In this document: positions 13,321-27,645 of the stretch, piece after piece
Layout of the letters: each line of letters opens with the position of its first letter
How positions within the stretch are numbered: position 1 is the first letter of the stretch
Source of the DNA: Octopus vulgaris
Lineage: Eukaryota
DNA: 64,000 nucleotides
Direction: 5' to 3'
Assembly (NCBI GenBank): GCA_951406725.2
Contig: OX597823.1
Span: 38,254,001-38,318,000 of the forward strand
Position numbers and translations under genes: made by a program
The notes under the pieces: model-generated
The model's database searches: none
What the model saw: the letters and a program-made list of their open reading frames with translations, nothing else
What the model was told of the DNA's origin: nothing

Positions 13321-14164
13321 TCATCATTGTTATTATCATTGCAGTAATGGAATATGAAGAACAAGCTATAACAAAATCATTCTGCATGCAACTGGATACA
13401 TGTGGGATACCTAGGACTGGTCCTTGATGCAACACCAAAATATCTGGTTTAAGCAAATCAGATCTCAGCTTAGACAGAAAATGAGACAAAATGATTATTA
13501 GATTAATTAATTTTCACCAAAATTGGTTGAATGGGAGTGATTGTGGATATGTAGCATGAGCTATCCCAGCAGCAAAATACCAGCCAACCAGCCTGTTAGC
13601 CAACCAACCAACCAACCAACCAACCAACAAACAAACAAACCAGTAGTTAGCTAAAAACTACTTTAGTGATATATTTCTGCTTTCGTTAGATGGCTGATTG
13701 CCATACTTTTTTTTCCAGAAAATATCAGAACTGATTGGAATGTTTGTCTTTTTGTATCTTATGAAGGGTTAGTTGGCTATGGTGTTAAGGTCTAGTTCTA
13801 TATTCCTAACATCAATTATATTTTTAGACTGGTCTGGTTGTTGATGTCTAGGAATGTGTTGAGGATATGACATTTTTAAAGATCCCTGATTATCAATAGG
13901 CATGGCTACTACATCTGAGGCACTTCTTTCTTTGTTTGAACTGCAGATGGGGCTAGGTCCATAGGTGAGGCACCAAATAGCTGATGTGTCCTCAACTATT
14001 CTTAGCCCCAACCCTATTTACATGCATTTGCGTAACCCCACATCATATTACATCATTTCATATTGTATCATATAGAATTATCCTCAATCTGTTTGTAAAC
14101 CTTTAGTGGTTAAAGAAATCGTCATTCTCATCATCGTCATCATCATCATCATCATCATCATTAT

Positions 14165-14527
14165 AAGGCAGCGAGCTGGCAAAATCATTAGCACACTGAG
14201 CAAAATGCTTGGTGGCGTTTCATCCATCTTCATGTTCTGAGTTCAAACTCTGCTAAAATTGACTTTGTCTGTCATCCTTTCAAGGTTAATAAAATAAATG
14301 TCAGTTGAACGCTGGGGAGAAGAGATGGTGAGGTGGCAGAATTGTAGCACACCAGACAAAATGCTTTGTAACATTTCATCCATCTTTAAATTCTAAGTTC
14401 AAATTCCACCATGGTCTTTCATCCTTTTGGGGTCAATAAAATAAGTACCAATCGAGTACTGGGGTTGATGTAATTGACTTATCTCCTCCCCCAAAGTTGC
14501 TGGTCTTATGTCAAAACTTGAAACCAC
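14165..14527 (+). mobile_element. Two tandem SINE B copies
   Basis: Heads at ~14165 (aaggcagcgagctggcaaaatc) and ~14325 (atggtgaggtggcagaattg). Confidence 0.8.
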
Positions 14528-14554
14528 TATTATTATTATTATTATTATTATTAT

Positions 14555-15420
14555 AATGTTTGGATTTTGCTTTGTGGTTTGTACAAATTGAGTTCAAGTC
14601 TCACCCAGAGACCTTAAGAGACAGTATATTATAAGTTCAAGTGGGCATAATGATTAGGTTGTTGATAGCTGTCATGTTTTGGGGAAGAATGTTGTTTGGT
14701 GAGAGGGATGTGTTTTAATTGTGTACGTTGGGTTCATAAGAATTATTGCTTTCAAAAAATGTTTTTGATGACAAGTGAAAAAGGTTGTTTTGTTGTTTTG
14801 GAATTATATAGACAGTATTTTTTTTGTTTTTTTGTAGGATATGAGCAATTCCTGTGAGTTCTTTCTTTTTAATTTCTTTCATTTTTGGATTCCCTAGGAT
14901 TTGAAACAGGTAACATACTCAACCCCTTTTGTGAATATTCCTAAGGCACTTACAACCTTGGGTATTGTTCTAATCTTGAGTTTCCACATTTTATCAAATT
15001 CTATTTTAAGATCTTTGTACTTGCTCAATTTTTGGTTAGTTTTGACAGATACATTTATATCAGCTGGGACAGTCATATCGATGAGGAGGCATGATTTTCA
15101 TCTGAAATCTTTGAGCATAATGTCTAGCCTATTTGTATCTATTTTTCTGTCAGTTTGAACAAAAAAAAAAATTCCATTGGAGTAAGGTATGATCTTTTTT
15201 CAAGCACTGGAAGTGGTTTGCGCTTCCACCAGTTTCTATAATGGAACAAATCTAGATTCTTGTATATTACCCAGTTAATATACTGTGCAGCTCTGTCATG
15301 CTCGTTGAGATACTCTAAGGATCCAAGAGGGCTAGAAATAGAAACAATGTGATCAATGGTTCCTGACTGTTTTTTACACTCTTAACATGAGCTGCTGCTG
15401 TTCTGTAAGATGTTGGTCTG
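14555..15420 (-). mobile_element. R4/Dong-like LINE 3' fragment
   Basis: ORF 14894-15076 MTVPADINVSVKTNQKLSKYKDLKIEFDKMWKLKIRTIPKVVSALG; upstream ETIDHIVS..EYLNEHDRAAQYINW-like zinc knuckle region. Confidence 0.85.
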
Positions 15421-15657
15421 ACAGAATTTTCATTTCTTTCTTTAATTGTTATTGATCAGTATGAACGGGCTATCCCTAAGACCATTGTAAACACTCCAAG
15501 ACCAGTGAGATCAATGAAGTTAATGTTCTCAGCTGTTACACTCATTTAAAACATTTCTCCATATTTAATTAATTCCCAAAGTAAGAAGCACGAATGTTAT
15601 AATCCATCATTTCTGCCTAAACCTATGTAAAAAGATCACCATGATTGGGTATGAGGT

Positions 15658-15705
<48 letters not shown>

Positions 15706-17559
15706 CAGTAGTAGTAGTAATTCTTTGGCAAAACAAGATCATGGCCCACTTTCAGTAGCCTAGTTTTATCTTGGGGGTTAGGAAAAACTATTAATATTCG
15801 AATTTCTCCTTTTCTATGTCTGTAATTAATATAAAAGTAAAACAAAAAAACCATCCTCATTATTGTTAGTCATGCTTTATATCACCCACCTTCACAGAAT
15901 ATAATGATGTATTTTCCAAACATTACATAACATTAGGGAGTTATTTTGACAACTGCAGTTAGCTTAAAAAAAGAAAAGAAAAGCTTCATATAATGGTATA
16001 TATATTTAATACACAAAAACGTAGCAGGCAGGTTACCAACTTGTTGCCAAGGTGTAGGAAGAAAGAGCAGTAACTGTGTTAGTTGCTCAGCCTAAGAGTA
16101 CACAAATGATAAAGTATGATCTAATATGTCCCTAAATACATTTCACTACCATCTGTTTTATTATTGTTCATGTTTATTCTGAAAGTGCCTAATTCTGTTT
16201 CCCCTCTTTAAAGTATTTTCAGGGCATATTTATTACACACTATATAGTTTAGCTACCAGAGGCTAAGGTTACTTTAAGCTTTCTTCTTGTGCTAGAAACT
16301 CTGTATTCTTTCTTCTTCTAAACTGTTTCTGATAGCTATTATAATAGATATGTAGAGTAAGTATTAAAAGGATTTCCTGACGCAGTTGATTGTATGAAAA
16401 ATCTACCCTAGCACTTATGTTATGTCTATCAAAATTATGATATTTAATACAGGAAAAGTCAACTGACTCGGTTGTTATTCAGTAACAGCTAGGTATGGAT
16501 CAGAGGTGAGGAGCCTTTCTAATGCCTGGGGCAAACTGAAAGTGCTGAAGTACCCATAGGGTTGTTTGTACCTGTTTTGAGAAAATAATGAATCTAATTT
16601 TATAAATTCATAGGTATGGCATTGGTAGTCAATTACTTGCTCCTAAGGTTTAAGCTGTTCCTTGTAGATTTTTAGAGATATTGTTTGTATTTGTATATCA
16701 TTTTAAATTTAAATACAGGCAAAATTTCACTGGCAGTTAATGGTGGTGGTGGGGAACCTCTTGTCCAAATGATTAGTTATTGCTGATATTTTCCTGAATT
16801 ACACTGTGTATCACGATTTTTATCCTTGGGTAGCAACTGTTCCCTAGAAAGCATAAGAATGGCTAATATTTCCTTCAAACTTTGCTTTTGTTACATTTAT
16901 TCAAGCCTTAAAGAGTCCCTCTCAATACATGGCTATGAAGTTCCCCACAACTCTTGCTCATCGTCAGAGATGTACATATTATCAGCCTCTAAGGGACATG
17001 TTCAAATGGTTAAAGTTAAGCAACTCTGTGGTATAGAGCAGAATATTTGCTATAACTACACTTCTGTTTCAGCAACTCAACACTGAATCTGTCTGAAATG
17101 TAATGGAGACTAGGTCAGTTTCAAAACATTTACGTCCAGATCACAAAAGCAAAGTTTGAAGGGAATAGTAATCATTTCCTTTGATTTCTAGATAGAAGAA
17201 ATAGGAAATAGCACTTACTGACCAAAGACAAAAGATAAATAAATAAATAAATAAATAAATGTTTTGTTACACAGTGTTATTGAAGTATAAATTTTTCTTT
17301 TTACTTCACCCTCTCCCATGTTCTCAAGTGCACAAATTTAAATCCATGCAAAGTAAAAAATAAATAAAAAACGCAAATTTAAAAATATATGAGATTACAA
17401 GCAAAAGAAAATCTTTATTGGCTACAGAAGAGATTTAAATGAAATTCTTGAAACTGTTAGAGTGAGTTAGATACGTTTTAGCCATTATTTGGTCTAGGCC
17501 ATGTGTAAATTAATAGAACCACTTGGGATAATCTTTTAAATTATGTTTTAGGAAACCAC

Positions 17560-17900
17560 AGTCCTTTCAAGTGAAGTGATGTTATTTACTGAGATGTATC
17601 CAGGCATTGGTGGTTTATCTGGTATTTCTTAGAGGATTTTGTCGAGTTACCATTTAAATGTTATGGAGTTTCTTTCTCCTTTGATTTCTTTCGGAATAAT
17701 ATTGAATAAGCAGGACCAGTCAAAGTCAAAAAGTTGTATCACAATGTTGTTATGTAATGTAAACTCAATTTTGCTGAGGGTGTGTGGCTCTGGGGTTAAG
17801 TCTTGGGTAATTTGTGAGGTGGATACCAGCACTGTTTATATATTACTGATGAATATTTTCCACACTGAAAACATTATGTAGCAACTTTAGTTGCATTGCA
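17560..17900 (-). mobile_element. Ancient CR1/L2-type LINE 3' remnant
   Basis: LFNIIPKEIKG...TFKW*LDKIL*EIPDKP resembles the CR1-group ORF2 C-terminus. Confidence 0.55.
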
Positions 17901-19114
17901 GAGAATAAAATTTGAGCTTTCTGAAGTGATTCCAATAGGCAAAGCCTGTCATGCAATTTACTATTTTTCTTTTTCTTTTCCTTTGTGATTAGTCTCTGGG
18001 GGTGTTTCAATTCTTAGCATTCCAAGAAGAGTATCTGTGGAATAATTTCATTCTAGCATTGTTCTTATAAAAACAGAAAAGAGAGAGACAGAGATTGCCC
18101 TAGGAAAAGTTAATTTATTAGAAATGCTTACATTTTTCCAGTGAAATGTGCCATCTAAATGAAGCATATCACAGCTGAAGACTATTTACTTCTCCGTTTA
18201 TACAAATTATCAGTTTGGATGATAACAGTTCCACATAAAAATAAAAAAGAAGCCATTATTGTGCATGCTGTTAAATTTACAAGATTGAGAGTCAAGGTTG
18301 ATATGAATTAAAATGGATTGACTAACATGAATATTTTTGTTACATGGCTTTTAATTAGACAATCAGTAAATGTGCAGCTTCACTGATTGCTAACAAGACA
18401 ACTGACAAAGTAATCACTATAAAGTATATTATATTATTTAAATCATAGATTTTATTTTCTGTGGTTTAAAAAAAATAAAATGCTAAAATTATATGAAAAA
18501 ATTAGAATATAATACTTGTTAGAATCACAAGCAAATATTATCTTCAATTAATTGCTTTTTTTCAAAAAATTAAGTCTTCTTTTATCATGATAATATCTGT
18601 CTGTCTCTCTGTGTATATCTAAATATTTATCTTCCTAGTATGCTAGCATTTTTATGTGTGTTGCTAGACATACACTTACATATTACTTTCTGCTTGTCTC
18701 TCAATTTATCTCTATCTATATTTCTCCCTTTCACACACACACTCTCACACACTTACACTCACACACACAATCTCACCTTCATAGTTTTAACAATCACTTT
18801 TCCATGCTTGCATGGATCAGACAGAGTTTAATGAGGCAGGTTTTCTATGGAGGGATGCTCTTCCTGTCACCAACCTTCATCTGTTACCCAATAAGGTAAT
18901 ATTTCCCCAGGGCCAGACAAGTTTTTGCAGAATTATTAGAATGTCAGAAGAATTGCTTTGTGCTTCAGCTCTTTCCTTTCTGATTTCAATTCTCACAGGT
19001 GCTGTCTTTGCCTTTCATTCCTCTGAGGGCAATAAATAATGTACAGGGGCTGAAAGTAGACTACCCACTCGTTTAAAAAGTTCATATCTTGTGCCTCAAT
19101 GTAAAATCATTATT

Positions 19115-19297
19115 ATGCTGGCAGAATTGTCAGCACACCAGGCAAAATGTTTTGTGGCATTTCATCTGTTTTTACATTTCACCGAGGTGAACTTTGCCTT
19201 TCATCCTTTTGGGGGTTGATAAAATTAGTACCAATTGTTTACTGGGGAGTTTATCCACTCCCCATAAATTTCAGGCTTTGTGCCTATCATAGAAAGG
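19115..19297 (+). mobile_element. SINE family B
   Basis: gctggcagaattgtcagcacaccaggcaaaatg...ctttgcctttcatccttt. Confidence 0.7.
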
Positions 19298-19345
<48 letters not shown>

Positions 19346-19667
19346 TACTTTTAATCTGCATGTTTGTTACAATCACTCACCGAGACAGAGGTGAATAATT
19401 CAAGCCCCAAAGAATTTCTCTCAACACATGGCTATGATGCTGCCCCACTACTTCTGCTTGTGATCAAAGATGTAAATTTTATCAGCCACCGAGGGACATG
19501 TTCAACTGGTTAAGGTCAAACAACTGACAAGCAAATCTGTGGTTCTGAGCTGAATATTTACTGTAGCCCATCTTTTATATCAAGACAAAACAATGTACAT
19601 GATAACATTTCCAATCAGTTAAGATCAGAAGCCATGATAGCCACTGCCTGGTACTGCATCAGGGTAT

Positions 19668-19771
<104 letters not shown>

Positions 19772-20559
19772 ATTGTTGTTGTTGTTATCTTATCTTTCCA
19801 CTCAGTGTAGGTGTTAATTGAACACAAGTATCAGTAATGGTAAAAGCAATCAAGAACAGTTTAGCTCCTGAATAGGGAATCATCCATCCTCCATGCTAGC
19901 TTGGGTTGGATGACATGGCAAAATCTGATCAGTCAGAGGACCTTGTTACACTTCACAGTTTGTGTTAGTATGGTTTCTGTGACTTGATGCCTTTCCTAAT
20001 GCCAAACTGATTTACAAAATGCATTGGGTACTTTTCTCACGGCATCATAATTAGTGAAGTTATTTGACTAAAGGGCCTGATGGGGCTTCTGCAAGAAAAG
20101 AACAGTAGCAGAGAGAGTGAGAAAGAGAGAGAGAGAGATGATTTTAGACAAGGTAATGAGCGAGTGTGAAGTATTATGAGAGGAATAGTTTTATAGTTGT
20201 GAGAAGGCGGTAGTAGGGAGATTAATAGAGTAGACACTGTTAGGGGGGGATTATGAGTGGGACTCAGGAAAAGGAAGGGATTGGTGTTGGCAGTTAGTGA
20301 GAAAGGGAGGGACAGAATGATAAAGGTTGTGTAGAGGATATTCCTAGTTATTCCACATTACAAGGGGTAAGATGTGAGTGAAAGAGAACATGAAAGAGAG
20401 AAAATACCCGAGGATGATGAGAATCCAGAAAGGGTCATTGAAGAGGTGTGAGGGTCATGAGGGTAGATCAGAGAGATGAGAGGATGTTGAGATATTGGAG
20501 AAGCAGTGGAGTAAAGCAGTAAGAGAGAAAGAGACAGTCAGAGAAAAGAAATGGTAGAT

Positions 20560-21155
20560 GGCAGTGGATGAGTGAGCATCACAGGTGATGAGATGTGATA
20601 TATGAATGATGGAGTGATGATTGAAGCAAGTGGGGGAGGGAAGGTGAGTACAGGTTGAGGAATGAAAATGGACAGATAAGAGATATGAAATGTAGAGTAA
20701 TGACTGGAGTGAGTGAGTAGATGGATGGAGGAGGGAAGGTAGGCAGAGGTTGAGTGATGAAGATGAACAGATGAGAGATATGAATGATAGAGTGAAATGA
20801 GTGAGGAGATGGATGGGGAGAGAAGATGAGCACAGGTTGAGCGATAAAGATGAACAGATAAGAAATATGAATGATAGAGTGATAACTGAAGTGTGTGAGG
20901 AGATATATGGGGAAGGGAAGATGGGCATAGGTCAAGTGATGAAGATGGACAGATGAGAGATATAAAAGGTAGAGTGATGACTGAAGTGAGTGAGGAGATG
21001 ATGGGAAAAAGAAGGTAGAGGTCAAGTGAGGAAGATGGACAGATAAAAGATATGAATGGTAGAGTGATGACTGAAGTGAGTGAGGTTATGGATGGGAGAG
21101 AGAAGATAGGCACAGGTCAAATGATAAAGATGGACAGATGAGAAATATGAATATA
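20560..21155. repeat. Purine-rich ~90-bp minisatellite, about 6 units
   Basis: agagtgatgactgaagtgagtgagg-like anchors near 20612, 20693, 20789, 20876, 20971 and 21061. Confidence 0.85.
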
Positions 21156-21590
21156 TTTAGGAAATCTGAAAGTAAATTTAAAAGAAAAAAATATCGGACA
21201 CATGTTATTTACAGTATCAATTATTAACCCTGAATATGTCAATCATTCCTCTTCTCTTGTACAAGTTAAGAACCAGATTCTGAAGCCATTCATTTTCTGG
21301 TAAATGATTAGTTGTTCACTATATATATGTACCCCGACCACCTTCTCTTTCTCTTCCTTCTTTTCCTTCCCCACTTTTCCCTCTTCACCACCACCACAAC
21401 AACAAATATAAGTTCCCACCCCATTATTAAAATAATTGTCCTCTCCAAAATTCTCCTTGTCATGCCAGTGTGCATATGTATGTGTGTGTGTGTGTGTGTA
21501 TCTTGACCTATATATTTATGTATACATATGTGTATAAACATACAAACATATATAACATATATATATATATATATACATACATACATACAC

Positions 21591-21644
<54 letters not shown>

Positions 21645-22070
21645 GTGTGTATATATATACATACACACACGCAAATGTTTATGTATATATGTTTGCACAT
21701 ATACATCCGGATGCATGTATACAATACTTAGTATACTGGGAAGCAGACATAAAAAGATGATGTTGATGGGGATGCAGTACATGAAACTTCCTTCCCACAC
21801 ACACAAAAACACACACACATTCATATGCATGCTCACATACACATGTAATAAGATTGTGTATTCAGGTCAAGGAAATAAAGTCTAACAACAATTAATGACA
21901 AGAATTCATCGGTAAAAGTAATCACCCCCACCTTCCACTTTAAGAACGGAGAGTTACATATATAAAAACTGGTGATATCGTCTCATCAATGATTTTCTTC
22001 ACCCTCAAGATTACTTGACATGATAAAATGAAGTTAACCAGTAAATTTACTTTACTCTTAAATCTCTGGG

Positions 22071-22110
<40 letters not shown>

Positions 22111-22168
22111 AACAAATACAACAACTACTACTACTACTACTACTACTACTACAAATACAACAACTACA

Positions 22169-22199
<31 letters not shown>

Positions 22200-22285
22200 T
22201 TACTGCTGCTGCTACTACTACTACTACTACTACAAATACAACAACAACAACAACAACTACAACTACTACTACTACTACAAATACA

Positions 22286-22320
<35 letters not shown>

Positions 22321-22323
22321 AAA

Positions 22324-22392
<69 letters not shown>

Positions 22393-22408
22393 CACTACTA
22401 CTACTACA

Positions 22409-22458
<50 letters not shown>

Positions 22459-22462
22459 AAAT

Positions 22463-22530
<68 letters not shown>

Positions 22531-22568
22531 AAATACAACAAATACTACTACTACTACTACTACTACTA
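22071..22568. repeat. ~500-bp compound (CTA/CAA)n microsatellite
   Basis: Direct; interrupted by recurring acaaatac. Confidence 0.97.
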
Positions 22569-23821
22569 CATCCCATAAATAATGCTGTTTTTTTTATACT
22601 TCTTTTATTTTTCAAAATTAAGATAAAGTTATATTTAAATCTAAAATATACTCTCCTTCATTTTCTACAATGCTCTTCCATCTATCTGGTAGACTTGCAA
22701 GGCCCCCTCTTCTGAAATTCACTTGTCCATGATGAAAAGAACTTCTCCAGTACTGTTCTGACCTAATCTACAGAATTCATATTTTTGTCATACAAACGAT
22801 TTTAAAGACTGCAGAATAAATGATAATCAAATAGGGCAATGTCCGGCGAATATGGTTGGTGGGGTATAGTTTCTCATTCAAACTGCTCCAGCCTTTGGAA
22901 TGTCATCCTTACTGTACATGGCCAAGCATTATCCTGATAGAAGAATGTCTTTTGTCTTGAAACCAAAGATGGTTGTTTTTCTTCTAGTGCTGACTTAAGC
23001 TGCTCAAGCTTCTCACAATAGATTTCCTTTTTTGTAGTTTGGTTTGTGTTTAAAAGTTCAAAATGGACTAAACCTTTCACATCCCACCAAACAGAAAACA
23101 ACACCTTAGCCTGGGATGCCAGAGTTTCTCTTTTCCTACCCACTGTCTTCGGTGCTTGACATTTTTATAGAGAACCCATTTCTCATCACCAGTCACTAAT
23201 CAGTCCAAAAAAGGTTAATTTGTGAGATGTGACAGCAAAGAAGAGCACACATTCACTCTCTGCATGTGATTAGATTTGGAAAATTTGTAAGGAACTCACC
23301 CAATTTGCTGACTTTTCTGATGGCATGCAGGTATCGATGACTAGTTGAATGACCAAATCCAAGCTTCTTTGCTAGTTCCTCAACTATTATGAGGGGATTT
23401 TGTTCCACTAGGGTTTGCAGGATGAGCTTGTCAAGCTCTACAGGTCTTCCAGGGTAAGGCTTGTTTTCTAGGCTGTAGTCTCCAGCTCGGAATTTCTGGA
23501 ACCACCATTGACATTGGCTTTCACTTATTGTCCAATCCCCATATACCGCATTAATATTCCTCACACTTTCCATTGCATGGTTGCCTTTATTGAACTCATA
23601 AAGCAAAATATACCGAATATGCTCCTTTACCACTTCTATCGTATCTTTGAAAAAATAACTGTTAAAATCGAACTGCACTCTTCAAAACTTGCACTAAGAA
23701 TGAACACAAAGTAAAATTACTACTTACTTTTATAGGAAGTTGATGCAGGTAGTTTATCCCGTCCCTCTCCAACTTTTAGTTCATGCAATTGAAAAAAATG
23801 CATTATTTATGTGATGACTCA

Positions 23822-23822
<1 letters not shown>
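22569..23822 (-). mobile_element. Mariner (DD34D) element, pseudogenised
   Basis: TIR catcccataaataatgc / gcattatttatgtgatgactcaa+TA; frames HIRYILLYEF..WFQKFRAGDYSLE..GRP, VTGDEKW, LFSVWWD, YQDNAWP, YSPDIA..DYHLF. Confidence 0.95.
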
Positions 23823-23863
<41 letters not shown>

Positions 23864-23892
23864 ATTTACATATGTATACATTTATATATGTA

Positions 23893-24598
23893 TAGGCGCA
23901 GGAGTGGCTGTGTGGTAAGTAGCTTGTCTACCAACCACATGGTTCCGGGTTCAGTCCCACTGCGTGGCACCTTGGGCAAGTGTCTTCTACTATAGCCTTG
24001 GGCCGACCAAAGCCTTGTGAGTGGATTTGGTAGACGGAAACTGAAAGAAGCCCGTCGTATATATGTATGTATATATATGCGTGTGTGTGTTTGTCCCCTA
24101 GCATTGCTTGACAACCGATGCTGGTGTGTTTATGTCCCCGTTACTTAGCGGTTCGGCAAAAGAGACCGATAGAACAAGTACTGGACTTATTTAGCCCATT
24201 GATAAAACTAATACCCACACTTTCTCCCACATACCCACTCTTTCCCTCTCTTTTATTATTACCCCCACTCCCACTCCCACCATCAACACTACTACTTTAA
24301 ATAAAAGAAAGGGAGAGAAAGAAAGACAGAAATTTAGAGACAGTTGATGATGTTTTATTTAAAGTAGTAGTGTTGATGGTGGGAGTGGGAGTAATAATAA
24401 AAGAGAGAGAAAGAGTGGGTATGTGGGAGAAAGTGTGGGTATTAGTTTTATCAATGGGCTTAATAAGTCCAGTACTTATTCTATCGGTCTCTTTTGCCGA
24501 ACCGCTAAAGTATTTAATAAGTCCCGGGGTCGAGTTGCTCGATTAAAAACGGTGCTCCAGCAGTCAAATGACTGAAACAAGTAAAAGAGTAAAAGAGT
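23893..24598 (+). mobile_element. Young SINE family A containing a fold-back insertion
   Basis: CpG-intact head aggcgcaggagtggctgtgtggtaag...ggttccgggttcagtccc; tail actgaaacaagtaaaagagtaaaagag. Confidence 0.9.
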
Positions 24599-25865
24599 AT
24601 GTATGCATGTATATATGTATGGATAAATCAACTGAAAATTTACAAATCTGACTCAAGGGCTAATATTTTTGTGCATGACAATGGGAGAGACTTTAGATGT
24701 TTGAACAGGATCTTTGACTAATAGGTACAGGATAGCTGTGGGCTTCTGTACAGTTTCCATCTACCAAAATTTGCTCACAAGCCTCAAGTTCTCTCAATAA
24801 CTCTCTCCTTCTCACAATAAAACTTGATATAAGAATTGTTTAAATTATGCAGAAGCTCCCTGCCTGGGTTTGATAACATTGTTTTTGATAAAATAATGGA
24901 ATCTGCACAAACATCTACTTTTGTTCTTTATCAAACATACGAATCATAACACTTTAACAACAAGAATATTTTCTTATAACTTGGCACAATGCCAGTTTTG
25001 TAAGGGAATGGATTTAGCAGGGTAAGCTAATATCAGTTAGTTAATCAGTCTTAATTATATGCAGATTAATTCTTTTGAGAGTTGGATGTGAAAATGTGTA
25101 GCACCAAACTAGATGCTGTGTATTATGCGGTCTTTTATTGCTCACTTTTGTAATATGTTTGTGTGCGTATGACTGTGTGTATATCTATGTATGGATACAT
25201 ATATAGACACACATGGATACACACATACATCTCTCTCCCTCACCATTTCTCTTTGTAAGTGTGTGTGTGTGTTTGGTTCCAAAGAAGATATCATTGTGAG
25301 GGTTGTTCTCCTTATATTTTCTGTCAATCATTCAACCAATAGATAAAACTGAACCATGAACACACCATGAACACACCTAAATGTACATCTGAAACAGCTG
25401 TAAGCTTATAATAAATTAATGTATATAACCCATTATTTCTGTCTATTATATATCTAATATAATGAATGTGAAAACTAATTTCTATGTGTCAGTGTTTCAC
25501 ACTTAGACCCCCTCTCTCACTATTCAATGACATTCCTACTATTACTCATGATGGGGTGAGAGTAATAGTAGGTATAGAGACAGTGAGGGCAGTGGCGAAG
25601 ACACAGAGAGAGAGAGAGAGAAAGAAAGGAAAAGAAAGGGAGAGAAAGAAAGACAGAAATTTAGAGACAGTTGATGATGTTTTATTTAAAGTAGTAGTGT
25701 TGATGGTGGGAGTGGGAGTAATAATAAAAGAGAGAGAAAGAAAGAGTGGGTATGTGGGAGAAAGAGGGAGATGACGTACAACTTTGTTTAACCATGTCTC
25801 TTTGAAAGAAATCCTTGTTGCCAACATAATGATAACTATCATTTTTGTTTTATTTTTGCTTTCTT

Positions 25866-25906
<41 letters not shown>

Positions 25907-26556
25907 ATCATATAATATGATATGATATAATATCTTGTATAATATCTTGTATTGTCACTGGACTGTGGCCATACTGGGGCACCACCTTCAAGGGTTAGTT
26001 GAACAAGTTGACCCTTGTACTTATTTTTAAGTATGTACTTATTCTTGAGTCTTTTTTGCTGAACTGCTTAGGTACAGGGATGTAAACAAACCAGTACCAG
26101 TTGTTAAGTGGTTGAGATACAAACACAAAGGCAAACACATCATCTCCCACTCTTCTTCTATCTCCTACTCTTCTTTTGCAGTCTTGTGAACTCATCCACT
26201 CACTTATCCTATCTAATCCATGGTTCTTATTCACGTATACACCTCCCTGAAATGTGAGTGCATCCCCTCCACCACCATATATCCACCATTTTCTCTCTCT
26301 CCTCTCTCTCTCTCTCTCTCTTCCAACTGCAGCAGCCATATATCTCTTCTTCTGCAAGACACCTATATCTGTCCCTCTGTCCATACCAAACTCATTCACA
26401 AGACATTGGTTGGACCAGGTCTAGAGTGAAAACACTTGCTCAAGGTACCATGCAGTGGGACTGATCCCGAAATCACATGGTTACAAGGTGAGCTCCTTAG
26501 CCACGTAGACATGTATGCACCACACACACACACACATACACATGTGCGCGCACATG

Positions 26557-26587
<31 letters not shown>

Positions 26588-27645
26588 ATATACATATATA
26601 AATATGTAAAAGACTTGTTGCTTGCAATAAATCAAGTTATAGTAATTTCTTCAGTTTCTTTTTGTTGTTTTTTTTTTTCTCTATACTCCATTTGGCATTT
26701 TGTCAATAGTTATATTTCAAAACCACAGGCAAGCTGTTATTCATAGTCAGGCAACAGGTATTTCATGCAAAATATTCCACATGAATGTTTCGTTGCCAGC
26801 TCAATGTTTTACTACTTAGATAATGGAAACTATTGACCATTCTTGTTTTGTTTGTATTATGTTTATATATAATTGATTTGTGACACATTAACATTGCGTC
26901 CAATGCAGAAAATCAGCAGCTAAACTGTTGTTGTTTCAAATCCTTTGTTTTCTTGTTTGTTTTCTTATAGTTCTAGAATTACTAGTTGCTGTTTATCATT
27001 GTATCTTTGTTATCATCATTTCTATTTTCTCATGTCCTGACTTCCATAGGGGTGAATGTTATGGAAATCCCACCCTCTTAACGCCCTGATAATGATGTCT
27101 GTTCATGCTGTGTATCCTTCCAAAGAGATTCCAGTTCTAAGTATACAAAATTGCATTCTTTTATTCTTTAACTGGCTTCAGTAATTCAACTGTAGCCATG
27201 CTCAAGTACCACATTCAAGGGATTTATTGATGATATTGACCTCAGTACTTGTTTCAGTCTTATTTGATTGATCTCTGTTTATTAAATTGTTAAGTTGTAG
27301 GACAAAAGGGACATGATATTAGTAACATACATACATACATACATACATACATACATACATACATACATACATACATACACACACACATACATACATACAT
27401 ACATACATACATACATACATAATTATGTGTGGGTCTGTGTTTACTTGTACACATACACAAATATATGCACATATGTACATACATACATATATATATATCT
27501 ATACACACATATATGTACACACACACACACAAAAACTCTGACTGACAGACAGACACACACACATACACATTTCTATACAGAGGCAATTATGAGGATAAAC
27601 AAATGAAATAAACAACTTGGGTTTGATATACAAAATATATATATA

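Noticed and set aside
21940-22615. Long poly-Thr/Val/Ser ORFs that look mucin-like
   Set aside because: Entirely (CTA)n microsatellite; the paralogous site has only ~14 units; no splice or start context
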